Assembly (NCBI GenBank): GCA_964561135.1
Contig: CAZLOB010000070.1
Span: 3,248 to 67,247, forward strand
Length of the DNA stretch: 64,000 bases
Source of the DNA: an uncultured Elusimicrobia bacterium
GTDB lineage: Bacteria; Elusimicrobiota; Endomicrobiia; DTEH01
Reading direction: 5' to 3'
Below the pieces are notes generated by a model that had not been told where the DNA came from, searched no databases, and saw nothing but the letters and a program-made list of their open reading frames with translations. Positions 27,603 through 37,704 of the stretch are shown here, piece by piece (positions within the stretch are counted from its first letter, which is position 1; the number at the start of each line of letters is the position of its first letter). Both the position numbers and the translations under genes were made by a program.

Positions 27603-28484
27603 ATGAAAAAAAGCATGAAGGTATATATTAATGGGAAATTTTATGAAAAAGAAGAAGCAAAAATTTCTGTGTTTGATCATGGATTATTATATGGTGATGG
27701 TGTATTCGAAGGTATTAGAAGTTATAATCGTCGTGTTTTTAAATTAAGAGAACATGTTGAGCGTCTTTATAATTCTGCAAAAGCTATTATGTTGGAGATA
27801 CCGATTAGTAAAGAAGAAATGGAAAAAGCAATTATTGAAACTTTAAAAATTAACAATCTTTCAGATGCGTATATAAGAGTGATTGTTACTCGTGGTATTG
27901 GCGATTTAGGTCTTGATCCTAGGAAATGTTCTTCACCGTCAATAATTATTATAACAGACAAAATTGTTCTATATCCACAAGAGTTGTATGAAAAAGGTTT
28001 AGAAATAATTACCGTCTCTACAAGAAGAAATATTCCGACTGCATTAAATCCTGCTATAAAATCGTTGAATTATCTAAACAATATTTTTGCAAAAATAGAA
28101 GCGATACGTGCTGGTTGCGAAGAAGCTATAATGCTTAATTTTGAAGGATATGTTGCAGAATGTACCGGAGATAATATTTTTATTGTAAAAAATAATGTAC
28201 TTATTACTCCACCGATATATGTTGGCGCACTACCTGGTATTACACGAGAAACTGTCATGGATATCGCAAAAACAAAACTTAAACTCTTAGTTAAAGAAGA
28301 ACCATTTACTATATACCATGTATATGTTGCAGATGAATGTTTTCTTACAGGTACTGCTGCTGAAGTTATTCCTGTGGTAAAAGTGGATAATAGAATAATA
28401 AAAGATGGCAAGCCTGGAGAGATTACTAAACAAATTATTAGAGAATTTCACGAATTAACTCGTACCACAGGTGTGCAATATTAA
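27603..28484 (+). CDS. ilvE: branched-chain amino acid aminotransferase (class IV)
   Basis: [41 protein letters not shown]. Confidence 0.85.
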   Translation: MKKSMKVYINGKFYEKEEAKISVFDHGLLYGDGVFEGIRSYNRRVFKLREHVERLYNSAKAIMLEIPISKEEMEKAIIETLKINNLSDAYIRVIVTRGIGDLGLDPRKCSSPSIIIITDKIVLYPQELYEKGLEIITVSTRRNIPTALNPAIKSLNYLNNIFAKIEAIRAGCEEAIMLNFEGYVAECTGDNIFIVKNNVLITPPIYVGALPGITRETVMDIAKTKLKLLVKEEPFTIYHVYVADECFLTGTAAEVIPVVKVDNRIIKDGKPGEITKQIIREFHELTRTTGVQY

Positions 28485-28519
28485 AATTATAGGTCCAAAT
28501 CTTTTCTCTCCATTAAAAC

Positions 28520-29065
28520 ATGTGTGTTAAAGAGATAAAAATAACAAAAATTTTGCCCTGTTTAGTAAACGAAAACAGAATTAGGTTCCATGCAGAACTT
28601 GATACAGATATTTCAGACTTTATGCCATATTTAAATAGAGTTATTAACGGGGCAATTTATAACCATCAAGCACATACTTTAACAATAAAAAAAGAAGGCC
28701 TTGTTACTTTGTATCCGAAAGAAATTGTTGCAGGACAAGTTAAGGATGTACAAACGGCATATAAAATTTGTGATTGGATAAAACAACAGATAAATTTTGT
28801 GTATGAGAACAAAGATAAAATAGAACCATTGTATGAACGTAGAGGACAAATTTCACCAGTTGAAATCTACAAGTTTCTTCCACAAAAGAATTGTAAGGAA
28901 TGTGGTGAACAAACTTGTATAGCTTTTGCATGTAAAGTTTTGTCTGAAGAAAAAAGTATATTATTATGTAAACCACTTTTTGAGTTAGAATATGAAGAAA
29001 AAAGGAAAATGTTGTTTAAAATTTTAAAAGATTGTAAATATAAAATACCTGAAGTTTTCGTATGA
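28520..29065 (+). CDS. Fe-S cluster domain protein (CdhE/RnfB-type N-terminal Fe-S motif)
   Basis: LPQKNCKECGEQTCIAFACKVL cysteine motif; the rest is unassigned. Confidence 0.5.
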   Translation: MCVKEIKITKILPCLVNENRIRFHAELDTDISDFMPYLNRVINGAIYNHQAHTLTIKKEGLVTLYPKEIVAGQVKDVQTAYKICDWIKQQINFVYENKDKIEPLYERRGQISPVEIYKFLPQKNCKECGEQTCIAFACKVLSEEKSILLCKPLFELEYEEKRKMLFKILKDCKYKIPEVFV

Positions 29066-32000
29066 ACGAGTTTGTCCATTTACATCTGCATACAGAATAT
29101 TCTTTATTAGACGGTGCATGTAGAATATTTGATAATAAAGAACAGCCTGCAGATATTTTTCTTCTTGCACAAAAATATGGTATGTCTTCTTTAGCAATAA
29201 CTGATCATGGAAACATTTTCGGAGTAATAGAGTTTTATAAAGCAGCAACATCTTCCGGAATAAAGCCTATTATAGGATGTGAGATATATATTGATCCACA
29301 AGATATTGTTGCTGACCAAAGGAAAAGTTTTCATCTTACCGTACTTGTGAAGAATAATGATGGGTATAAAAACTTACTGAAGTTGTTAAGCAAAGGATAT
29401 GTTGAAAATTTAGTTGCGTCAAAAGGTAAAATAAAAAAAGAGTGGTTTGAAGAATACAAAGAAGGATTAATTATTCTTTCTGGGTGTTTAGAAGGAGAAA
29501 TACCTTATCTTTTGTTAAACAATAGACCTGAAGAAGAAATTAAAAAAGTTGTAGGTTTTTATATTGATGTTTTTGGAAGAGAAAATTTTTATATCGAACT
29601 TATGGATAACAATTTAGAGGAACAAAAGAAAGTTTTGCCCAAACTTTATGAAATAGCAAAAAAGTTTGATTTAAAAGTTGTTGCTACAAACGATGTTCAT
29701 TATGTAAGAAAAGAAGATGCGAAACTACATGAGATTTTATTATGTATAGGTACAAGGACAACTTTAAACGATCCTAACAGGTTAAGATTTGAAACAGAAG
29801 AGTTTTATTTTAAATCTCCACAACAAATGATACAAATTTTTAAAGATTGTCCTGAAGCAATAAAGAACACTGTTGAAATTGCTCATCAATGTAATGTGTT
29901 GTTGGAATTTAATAAATTGTATTTACCAAAATTTGATTTACCTGAAGGAGAAACAGCTGACAGTATGTTAGAAAAACTTTGTTATGAAGGACTTAAAAGA
30001 AGGTTTGAACATATTAGTATAGAGTATACACAACGTTTACAGCATGAACTTGAAATAATTAAACAAAAAGGTTTCTCTGCATATTTTTTGATAGTACAAG
30101 ATTTTGTTAACTATGCACGACAAAATAATATTATGGTGGGGCCGGGTCGTGGGTCAGGAGTGGGGTCTCTTGTAAGTTATTGTTTAAATATAACAGATGT
30201 TGATCCTGTTAAATACGGGCTATTATTTGAACGTTTCTTAAACCTTGCAAGAAAAGAATTGCCTGATTTAGATATTGATTTTGTAGATTATGGTAGAGAC
30301 AAAATAATAGAATATGCAAAAAATAAATATGGAGAAAAAAATGTTGTACAAATTATTACTTTTAGTACAATGAAGATAAAAAATACTGTACGTGATGTAG
30401 CACGTGTATTAGGTTTACCTGTGAGTTTAGCTGATAAGATATCAAAGCTTATTCCCTCGCCTGATATGAGTGTAGAAGAAGCTATATCACAAGTTGAAGA
30501 AATCAAAGAACTTTATGAAAAGGATGAGAATGTAAAAAAAATTTTAGATTATGCAAAAGATATTGTTGGTAGGCCAAGACATACCGGTATACATGCATCT
30601 GGTGTGATAATTTCAAGTGGAGATATTACTGAACATACTGCATTGTTTAGAAGATCAAAAGAAGATCCCGTTACAACTCAATATTATGATGAGATACTTT
30701 TGGAATTAGGTTTGCTTAAAGTTGATTTTTTAGGGTTGAAAACACTTTCTGTTATTGAAGAAACAGTTAAGTTAATTGAACAATATCATGGTGTTAAAAT
30801 TAATATAAACGAAATTCCTTTAGATGATAAAAAAACATTTAAACTTTTACAAGAAGGAGAAACAACAGGTGTTTTTCAGTTAGAATCCTTAGGGATGCAA
30901 GATTTGTTAAGAAAACTAAAGCCAACGGTTTTTGAAGATATTATAGCATGTATAGCGTTATACAGGCCAGGGCCTATACGTAGCGGTATGGTAAACGAGT
31001 TTGTAGAACGAAAACATAAAAAGAAAGAAATTGTTTATGATCATCCACTATTAGAGGATATTTTGAAAGAAACATATGGGGTAATTGTATACCAAGAACA
31101 AGTGATGAAAATAGCGCAGGTTCTTGCTGGTTTTACACCTGAAGAAGCAGATGAACTACGTTCGGCAGTTGCAAAAAAAGTTGTTGAAAAAATTGAGAAA
31201 ATGGAAGAAAAGTTTATGTCCGGTGCTAAGAAAAACGGTGTGAGTTCGTCTGTTGCAAAGAAAATTTTTAAACAAATACTGAATTTTGGTGAATATGGGT
31301 TTAACAAATCACATGCTGCTGCTTACGCTGTAACTTCATACAGATGTGCATACCTAAAAGCACATTATCCAGCTGAATATATGGTTTCTTTGTTAAACGC
31401 AGAGATACGTTCAGGAGCAAGAATCAAATCACAAAGTAAAGATGAAACAGATTTTAGAAGATTTTTATTGGAAGTAGAAAAGATGAATTTTAAACTTTTG
31501 CCACCAGATGTAAATTATTCAGATGTATATTTTACAAAAGAAACTGATAAAAGTATACGTTATGGGTTGTTAGGAATAAAAAATATTGGTGAAGCAGCAG
31601 CTGAGTTTATCGTTGGGTTGAGAAAAAGAATAGGAACAATAAAATCTTTTGAAGATTTTATTCGTTTTATTGACAACAAAGAAGTTAACAAACGTGTCTT
31701 AGAAGCACTTATTTTATCAGGTGCGATGGATTCTTTATATAAAGATAGATTGACACTTGAAGAAAAATGTAAAGTAAGAAAAATGTTTTTAAATATGATA
31801 GAACAGAAAAAAACTAAGGGAGTACATCAACAAATGTTGTTTTCAACTTCTGAAGAACAAGGGTTTTCAGATAAATTTACTGAACAAGAGATACTTTTTT
31901 ATGAGCACCAACTTACTGAGATATATTGGTCAGGGCATCCTTTAGAAAAACATTTAAACGAAATAAAAGGTATTGCTACCGGTACAATAATTGAGCTGCC

Positions 32001-32514
32001 TAACCAGTTGGAAAAAGTAAAAGTTGTGGGTATGATTTCTTCAATAAAAAAGTTTTTAAGTCATAACAAACAACCGTTTGTAAGGTTTGTTTTAGAAGAC
32101 TTAACCGGAGAAATAGAAGTTATTGTATTTAGTAAGTTATACGAAGAAGTTAAATCAGTAATACATAAAGGGAGTGTAGTATATGTTGAAGGAAAACTTG
32201 ATATCCAAGAAGAAGAAAGAAAATATATAATTGCTGAAAAGATAGACCTGTTTGAAAAAATAAAAGAACAGATATATAAAAACAAGTCAAAAATTTATAT
32301 AACAATTTCAAATGTTGGTGTAGATGATGAGTATATTAACAAGTTGAAAAAAATTATAGAAAAATATCCTGGTAATACGAAAGTTTATTTTAGAGTCATA
32401 ACACAAAATTTTGACGAAGTGACGATTGAAACGGAATATAAAATTCTTCCTTCAAGCAAGGTTTTGTCAGAATTAAAACATCTGATTGGTGAAAATTGTT
32501 ACCAGTTGGAATAA
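29062..32514 (+). CDS. dnaE: DNA polymerase III alpha subunit
   Basis: PHP motif FVHLHLHTEYSLLDG, GPGRGSGVGSLVSYCL, FNKSHAAAYA, C-terminal OB-fold region. Confidence 0.95.
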   Translation: MNEFVHLHLHTEYSLLDGACRIFDNKEQPADIFLLAQKYGMSSLAITDHGNIFGVIEFYKAATSSGIKPIIGCEIYIDPQDIVADQRKSFHLTVLVKNNDGYKNLLKLLSKGYVENLVASKGKIKKEWFEEYKEGLIILSGCLEGEIPYLLLNNRPEEEIKKVVGFYIDVFGRENFYIELMDNNLEEQKKVLPKLYEIAKKFDLKVVATNDVHYVRKEDAKLHEILLCIGTRTTLNDPNRLRFETEEFYFKSPQQMIQIFKDCPEAIKNTVEIAHQCNVLLEFNKLYLPKFDLPEGETADSMLEKLCYEGLKRRFEHISIEYTQRLQHELEIIKQKGFSAYFLIVQDFVNYARQNNIMVGPGRGSGVGSLVSYCLNITDVDPVKYGLLFERFLNLARKELPDLDIDFVDYGRDKIIEYAKNKYGEKNVVQIITFSTMKIKNTVRDVARVLGLPVSLADKISKLIPSPDMSVEEAISQVEEIKELYEKDENVKKILDYAKDIVGRPRHTGIHASGVIISSGDITEHTALFRRSKEDPVTTQYYDEILLELGLLKVDFLGLKTLSVIEETVKLIEQYHGVKININEIPLDDKKTFKLLQEGETTGVFQLESLGMQDLLRKLKPTVFEDIIACIALYRPGPIRSGMVNEFVERKHKKKEIVYDHPLLEDILKETYGVIVYQEQVMKIAQVLAGFTPEEADELRSAVAKKVVEKIEKMEEKFMSGAKKNGVSSSVAKKIFKQILNFGEYGFNKSHAAAYAVTSYRCAYLKAHYPAEYMVSLLNAEIRSGARIKSQSKDETDFRRFLLEVEKMNFKLLPPDVNYSDVYFTKETDKSIRYGLLGIKNIGEAAAEFIVGLRKRIGTIKSFEDFIRFIDNKEVNKRVLEALILSGAMDSLYKDRLTLEEKCKVRKMFLNMIEQKKTKGVHQQMLFSTSEEQGFSDKFTEQEILFYEHQLTEIYWSGHPLEKHLNEIKGIATGTIIELPNQLEKVKVVGMISSIKKFLSHNKQPFVRFVLEDLTGEIEVIVFSKLYEEVKSVIHKGSVVYVEGKLDIQEEERKYIIAEKIDLFEKIKEQIYKNKSKIYITISNVGVDDEYINKLKKIIEKYPGNTKVYFRVITQNFDEVTIETEYKILPSSKVLSELKHLIGENCYQLE

Positions 32515-34666
32515 AATTTTTTCTTTTCTATTATATTATTTGGTTTACTTCATTTTTCTTATCTATTTTTGCTTCATAATAATTTACCATATCATATTTT
32601 TTTCATTTTGTAGATACACATCGCAAGATAAAATAAAAGAAATATACGGAAAAATATTCTGGAAACAACAAACTAAAGCTAACAGTTATATAATTCTTAC
32701 ATCTGGTAAAGACAAATTTTTCTTTTTTATTCCCAACGATATTTATGAGGAATTAAAAATTGGAGATTTTGTCCTTCTGAAGACAGTTCTAAAAGACATA
32801 TCGTTTAGAAACAAACAAGAGTTTTATTTATATAGTTCCTTTAACGTTAGCAAGTACGGATATGTAGAAGAAGTTTTGAGAATAGATAAGAACAAAAGTT
32901 TTGTATACAAACTTATTAATTGGCTGTTATTTACAATAAATAGTTTGAAAGAAAAACTTGTTGAATTAGTAAATACAAATTTGAATCAACCTTATAGTGG
33001 TATTATTTTAAGGTTGACTTTAGGGTATAAAGATGTTGAATTAGATGAAATTCTTAAATACTTTCAAGATGCTGGAGTTGCTCATGTTTTGGTAGTAAGT
33101 GGTCTTCATGTAGGTCTTATTTATACTTTTTGGTATTTTATTTTAAAATTTTTTATTTTTGACAAAAGGATAAGAATAATTTTTGTTTCTTTGTTAATTT
33201 TATTTTTTATGTTTCTTACAGGATGTTCACCGCCAGTTGTAAGGTCAACAATGATTATTTTATCATTTTGTATAGCAGAACTACTGCATAGAAAACAACA
33301 GCCTATCCGGTCATTAATTATTGCTGCATTTGTAATTTTGTTGGTAAATCCAACAAATTTATTTAGTGTTTCATTTCAATTGTCGTTTATTGCATGCTTT
33401 GGTATTATATATTTTTATCCTTCATTTTATTCTTCTTTAAAAAATTTCATTGAAAAAACTCATCCTATTTTGAGTTTTATAGTTAAACTTTTTTTAGTTA
33501 CAACTTCGGCACAAATTGTAACACTTCCAGTTGTTGCGTATTATTTTAATAAATTTTCAATAATTAGTTTTTTAAGCAACATTTTTGTTATACCTATAAC
33601 GACTATTTTATTATGGTTGTGCATGTTTGGTTATATAACGAGTTTTTTAACAAAGTTGAATATTATTTTATGGGAAACGATAGAATTGATAACTTTTATT
33701 TATATAAGTTTAGTGAAATTTTTTTCACAAATACCGTATTGTGTAATAAATGTCGCTAAACCTTTTATGTTGAGTATAGTTATTTATTTCTTTGTAATTA
33801 CTATCTTTGTTCCTATTTTACTGAAGAAAGGTAAATATAAAAGTTTTGTATTTATTGTGATAGTGGCTATATGTGTTCTTTTTATTAATTTTCGTTTTAA
33901 AAAAAGATTAAAAATAACATTTTTAGATGTTGGTTTAGGTGATTGTGTTTTGGTTCAAACAGCAAATAAAAACATTTTGATTGATACAGGTGATTCAACT
34001 AAAACTGCAATGTATAAAATATCACCTTATTTGAGAGAAAAGGGTATTTTTACAATACATTACTTATTAATTACACATCCACATTATCCACATTATGGAG
34101 GGACGGAATTTTTAATTAATAATTTTAAAATTGAAAATATTTTTTTAAACGAAATTATCCATCCTCACAATCTTGAATATCAGAAATTGGTTGATAAAAT
34201 TAGACAAAAGAATATCAAATTATGTTTCATAGATAAAGTAAAAACATTGAAGTTTTCTGACACAGAAATTGTTTTTGAACCAAACATAGTAGATTTTTCC
34301 TATGATGAAGAAACTTTTTATGATGATAATTCAGTTTTTGTGAAAATAAAATATAAAGATTCCGTAATATTTCTTACCAATGATATTCCTTTAAAATACT
34401 TAGTAAGAAAAATGTGTAAAAACACACTATTTTTTCAATTTCCAAGACATGGAAAGTATAAAGAAGATCTGTTAGAAGTAAAGGAGGGACTATCTTTTAA
34501 ACCAAAATTTTTGGTTGTCTCTACTGATAAATACCTTACTGAGATAAAAAAAATTGGAATTCCTGTATATACAACTGTTGAACATGGAAATGTATCGATA
34601 ATTGTTAGAAACTTGAAGTTGAAAAATATAAAGAAAACTTTGCACGGAACTGTTATCTATATGTAA
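32486..34666 (+). CDS. comEC: DNA internalisation competence protein ComEC/Rec2
   Basis: Competence domain GVAHVLVVSGLHVG, polytopic TM region, C-terminal MBL domain ITFLDVGLGDCVLV..THPHYPHYGG. Start codon uncertain. Confidence 0.85.
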   Translation: MVKIVTSWNKIFSFLLYYLVYFIFLIYFCFIIIYHIIFFSFCRYTSQDKIKEIYGKIFWKQQTKANSYIILTSGKDKFFFFIPNDIYEELKIGDFVLLKTVLKDISFRNKQEFYLYSSFNVSKYGYVEEVLRIDKNKSFVYKLINWLLFTINSLKEKLVELVNTNLNQPYSGIILRLTLGYKDVELDEILKYFQDAGVAHVLVVSGLHVGLIYTFWYFILKFFIFDKRIRIIFVSLLILFFMFLTGCSPPVVRSTMIILSFCIAELLHRKQQPIRSLIIAAFVILLVNPTNLFSVSFQLSFIACFGIIYFYPSFYSSLKNFIEKTHPILSFIVKLFLVTTSAQIVTLPVVAYYFNKFSIISFLSNIFVIPITTILLWLCMFGYITSFLTKLNIILWETIELITFIYISLVKFFSQIPYCVINVAKPFMLSIVIYFFVITIFVPILLKKGKYKSFVFIVIVAICVLFINFRFKKRLKITFLDVGLGDCVLVQTANKNILIDTGDSTKTAMYKISPYLREKGIFTIHYLLITHPHYPHYGGTEFLINNFKIENIFLNEIIHPHNLEYQKLVDKIRQKNIKLCFIDKVKTLKFSDTEIVFEPNIVDFSYDEETFYDDNSVFVKIKYKDSVIFLTNDIPLKYLVRKMCKNTLFFQFPRHGKYKEDLLEVKEGLSFKPKFLVVSTDKYLTEIKKIGIPVYTTVEHGNVSIIVRNLKLKNIKKTLHGTVIYM

Positions 34667-34717
34667 ATTGTAATTTACAACTATAGATTTTTGTCTTGTT
34701 TTTTTGTATCTAAAATT

Positions 34718-35467
34718 ATGAAATTATTAATAAAACTTAGTGGTAAAGTTATTGACAATGAAAAACAACTTGATGATTTCGTTAAATTTATAAAAGAAAG
34801 ATATAATAAAGATAAGATTTTAATTGTTCATGGTGGTGGTAAACAGATTTCTTTGTGGATGCAGAAACTTTCAATACAGCCAACTTTTGTTAATGGTTTA
34901 AGATATACTGATGAACAAACTTTAGAAATTGTTGTAAGTGTTCTTTGTGGTTTAATAAACAAGTTTCTGGTTTGGAAGTTTATTGAGCAGGGTATTATAA
35001 AAACAGTTGGATTGTCTTGTGTTGATAATAAATTACTTGTTACACAAATTGACAAAAATTTGGGTTTTGTTGGAAGAGAAGCAAAACAGATAAATTTCGC
35101 AGTGTTAGATTTGTTGTTAAAAAATGGATATATTGTTTTGTTATCTTCAATTGGTTTAGCAAAGGATAAAAAAAAATTAGTTGTTGTAAACATAAATGCT
35201 GACGATGTTGTTTCTTTAATAGCGGTTAAGTTTAAACCTGACAAAATTGTATTTTTGTCAGATGTAGAGGGTGTTTTTGATTGTAAAAATAAAGTTATAA
35301 AATATCTTAGTGTTAAAGAAATTGATAAATTAATAGAACAAAAAACTGTTTCAGAGGGTATGATACCAAAATTACAGTCAATCAAGACACTTTTTTTATC
35401 AGCAAAAGTAAAAGAAGTTTTTATCACAAACAATATTAGAAAAGAAGGGACAAAAATAGTAAAATAA
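34718..35467 (+). CDS. argB: acetylglutamate kinase
   Basis: MKLLIKLSGKVI, IVHGGGKQIS, NGLRYTD, NINADD. Start at ATG 34718. Confidence 0.85.
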   Translation: MKLLIKLSGKVIDNEKQLDDFVKFIKERYNKDKILIVHGGGKQISLWMQKLSIQPTFVNGLRYTDEQTLEIVVSVLCGLINKFLVWKFIEQGIIKTVGLSCVDNKLLVTQIDKNLGFVGREAKQINFAVLDLLLKNGYIVLLSSIGLAKDKKKLVVVNINADDVVSLIAVKFKPDKIVFLSDVEGVFDCKNKVIKYLSVKEIDKLIEQKTVSEGMIPKLQSIKTLFLSAKVKEVFITNNIRKEGTKIVK

Positions 35468-35469
35468 AA

Positions 35470-35790
35470 ATGACTCATATAGATAAAAAACTTTTGTTTT
35501 TTTTAGGGAAACAAAATTTTTTAAAAGTTAAAAATTATCCTTTATTTTATAAAAAAGTGTGGTTAGAAGTTTTAAAAATACCAAAAGGAGAAGTAAGAAC
35601 ATATAAATGGGTTGCAGAAAAAATTGGTTATCCAAAAGCATACCGTGCTGTTGGTAAAGCATTAAAAGAGAATCCTTTGCCTGTCTTAATACCTTGCCAT
35701 AGAGTTATAAAATCTTCAGGTGAAATAGGTGGGTATTCACAAGGAATAAACAAAAAAATTAAGCTTCTAATGAAAGAGATGCGCCCGTAG
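35470..35790 (+). CDS. ogt: methylated-DNA-protein-cysteine methyltransferase (C-terminal domain only)
   Basis: YKWVAEKIGYPKAYRAVGKAL..NPLPVLIPCHRVI active-site motif. The last 10 nt overlap tRNA-Arg. Confidence 0.85.
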   Translation: MTHIDKKLLFFLGKQNFLKVKNYPLFYKKVWLEVLKIPKGEVRTYKWVAEKIGYPKAYRAVGKALKENPLPVLIPCHRVIKSSGEIGGYSQGINKKIKLLMKEMRP

Positions 35791-35854
35791 CTCAATTGGA
35801 TAGAGCGTCTGGCTACGAACCAGCAGGTTGCGCGTTCGAGTCGCGCCGGGCGCA
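35781..35854 (+). tRNA. tRNA-Arg (anticodon ACG)
   Basis: Manual cloverleaf: acceptor GCGCCCG/CGGGCGC, D stem GCTC/GAGC, anticodon loop CTACGAA, T arm GCGCG-TTCGAGT-CGCGC. CCA not encoded. Confidence 0.9.
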
Positions 35855-35994
35855 AAATAAAACTTTTTAAAAAACCTATCAATATAAGTATTTTATCTTA
35901 TCTTTTGAGAAAAGTTGGTTTTTAAAAGAAATGAGATAAAAATTATGACTTTTTAAAATTGGGTTTGGTAAGGAAAAGGAAGAGCAGAAAGAAG

Positions 35995-36080
35995 TGCCGA
36001 AGGAGGGAGTCGAACCCTCACGGCCGTCAAAGGCCACTGGTTTTTGAGACCAGCGTGTCTGCCAATTCCACCACTTCGGC
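35995..36080 (-). tRNA. tRNA-Leu (anticodon CAA), long variable arm
   Basis: Reverse complement reads GCCGAAG TG GTGGAATTGGCAGACACG CTGGT CTCAAAA ACCAG, variable arm, GAGGG TTCGACT CCCTC CTTCGGC A. Confidence 0.9.
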
Positions 36081-36169
36081 TTTAAGTTTTTAATAATACA
36101 AAAATTATTCTTTATTGTCAAGTGCGTTTATTGAATTTAGCCTTAAAAATTTATATTCATAAAAGAATT

Positions 36170-36856
36170 ATGACACTTGATGTTAATCGAATACAAAAAA
36201 ATTTTGAGAAACTTAAACAAGAGGTTGAAAAATTTTCAAAAGATGTTAAAATTGTAGTTGTTACGAAATATATTAAAGATATTGAAGTTATAAAAAAGCT
36301 AGCTGAGATTGGTGTCACAGATATCGCTGAAAACTATGCACAAGATTTGGTTTATAAATATCACTATTTAGAGAAAGATGGGGTTAACAAAAATTTTAAC
36401 TGGCATTTTATAGGTCATCTACAAAAAAATAAAGTTAAAAAAGTTGTCCCTATATGTGAGTTAATACAATCTGTTGATTCTATAGAACTTGCTAAGAAGA
36501 TTGATTTTGAAGCAAAAAAAATAAATAAATCTCAAAATTGTTTAATTGAGCTTAAAGTTTCTGAAGAAGAGACAAAGTTTGGTATACCAAAAGAAGAGAT
36601 ATTTAAGTTTGTAGAAGAACTGAATTCTTTAAATTTGACAAATATTAAACTTGTAGGATTAATGACAATGGCTCCATATTTTGATGATCCAGCTAAAACA
36701 AGACCTTATTTTAAACAGGCGTATGAAGTGTTTAAATTTTTGCAACAAAAAATTACTGGTTTTAACATTTTGTCAATGGGTATGAGTAATGATTATAAAA
36801 TAGCGTTGGAGGAAGGATCAAATATGTTAAGAATTGGGAGTTTGTTATTTAGTTAA
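36170..36856 (+). CDS. yggS: YggS-family pyridoxal-phosphate homeostasis protein
   Basis: VVTKYI, ENYAQDL, WHFIGHLQKNKVKKV, SVDS..LA, LSMGMSNDY. First ATG at 36170. Confidence 0.85.
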   Translation: MTLDVNRIQKNFEKLKQEVEKFSKDVKIVVVTKYIKDIEVIKKLAEIGVTDIAENYAQDLVYKYHYLEKDGVNKNFNWHFIGHLQKNKVKKVVPICELIQSVDSIELAKKIDFEAKKINKSQNCLIELKVSEEETKFGIPKEEIFKFVEELNSLNLTNIKLVGLMTMAPYFDDPAKTRPYFKQAYEVFKFLQQKITGFNILSMGMSNDYKIALEEGSNMLRIGSLLFS

Positions 36857-36870
36857 ATGGGGTAGCCAAG

Positions 36871-37680
36871 ATGAAATATAAAGTTGGAATAATAGGATGT
36901 GGGAACATGGGTAAAATTTTGGTTGACGCAGTTGTATCAACAGTTTGTAAAGAAAATGTTTTTTGTTTTGATATTGATTTAAAAAAGTTGGCTGAGATTA
37001 AAAAGTTGTATAAGGTAAACATATGTTCTTCTAACAAAGATGTTGTTTTAAATTCTGACATAATAATTTTTGCAGTGAAACCACAACAGATGAAACAAGT
37101 TGTTGAAGAAATAAAAGATTTTATAGATAATACAAAAATTGTAGTATCTATTGCTGCTGGCGTGAAACTTGAGTTTTTTAACAAAAATTTAAAAAATGTT
37201 GCTGTTATAAGAGTTATGCCAAATTTGCCAATAAAAGTTTCCTGTGGTGTTTCTGCGATATGTAAAAACAAGTTCTGTAGTAAAGAAAAATATGAATTTG
37301 TGAAAAAAATTTTTTCTAAAAAAGGAGTTGTTGTTGAAGTTAAAGAAGAATTTATGGATTTAATTACGGCTCTTTCAGGGTCAGGGCCAGCATATATTTT
37401 CTATATTTCAGAGATAATACAAAAAATTGCTTTAAAATTAGGATTGAATAAAAAAATTGTACCTGAATTAGTTAACTTTACAATATTAGGTGCAGCAAAA
37501 ATGTTAACTGAAGAAAAACTTTCTGCTGAAGAGTTAAGAGTTGCTGTTACTTCAAAAAAAGGTACTACTGAACAAGCAATAAAAACTTTTAAATTTTACA
37601 ACCTAGAAAAAATATTTTATAATGCAATAAAAAAAGCAGTATCTCGTGCAAAAGAAATCTCTAAAGAAGTCAGTTCATAA
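36871..37680 (+). CDS. proC: pyrroline-5-carboxylate reductase
   Basis: VGIIGCGNMG, VMPNLP, SGSGPAY, VTSKKGTTE. Confidence 0.88.
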   Translation: MKYKVGIIGCGNMGKILVDAVVSTVCKENVFCFDIDLKKLAEIKKLYKVNICSSNKDVVLNSDIIIFAVKPQQMKQVVEEIKDFIDNTKIVVSIAAGVKLEFFNKNLKNVAVIRVMPNLPIKVSCGVSAICKNKFCSKEKYEFVKKIFSKKGVVVEVKEEFMDLITALSGSGPAYIFYISEIIQKIALKLGLNKKIVPELVNFTILGAAKMLTEEKLSAEELRVAVTSKKGTTEQAIKTFKFYNLEKIFYNAIKKAVSRAKEISKEVSS

Positions 37681-37704
37681 ACTTTTCTACTAGGAGGTTG
37701 TATT

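Noticed and set aside
34828-35478. 216-aa minus-strand ORF antisense to argB
   Set aside because: It fully overlaps a well-supported argB frame. The product is low-complexity (S/F/I/K/T rich), typical of antisense frames in AT-rich DNA. No recognisable motifs.
35628-36121. Two minus-strand ORFs (35628-35882 and 35879-36121)
   Set aside because: They are translations through tRNA-Arg, tRNA-Leu and the ogt antisense strand. The tRNA cloverleaves explain the sequence.
36849-37271. 140-aa minus-strand ORF antisense to proC; similar antisense ORFs at 49979-50395, 57074-57556, 28070-28411 and 55176-55565
   Set aside because: Each lies opposite a strongly supported plus-strand gene (proC, methyltransferase, glycosyltransferase, ilvE, recA) and lacks motifs or an RBS.
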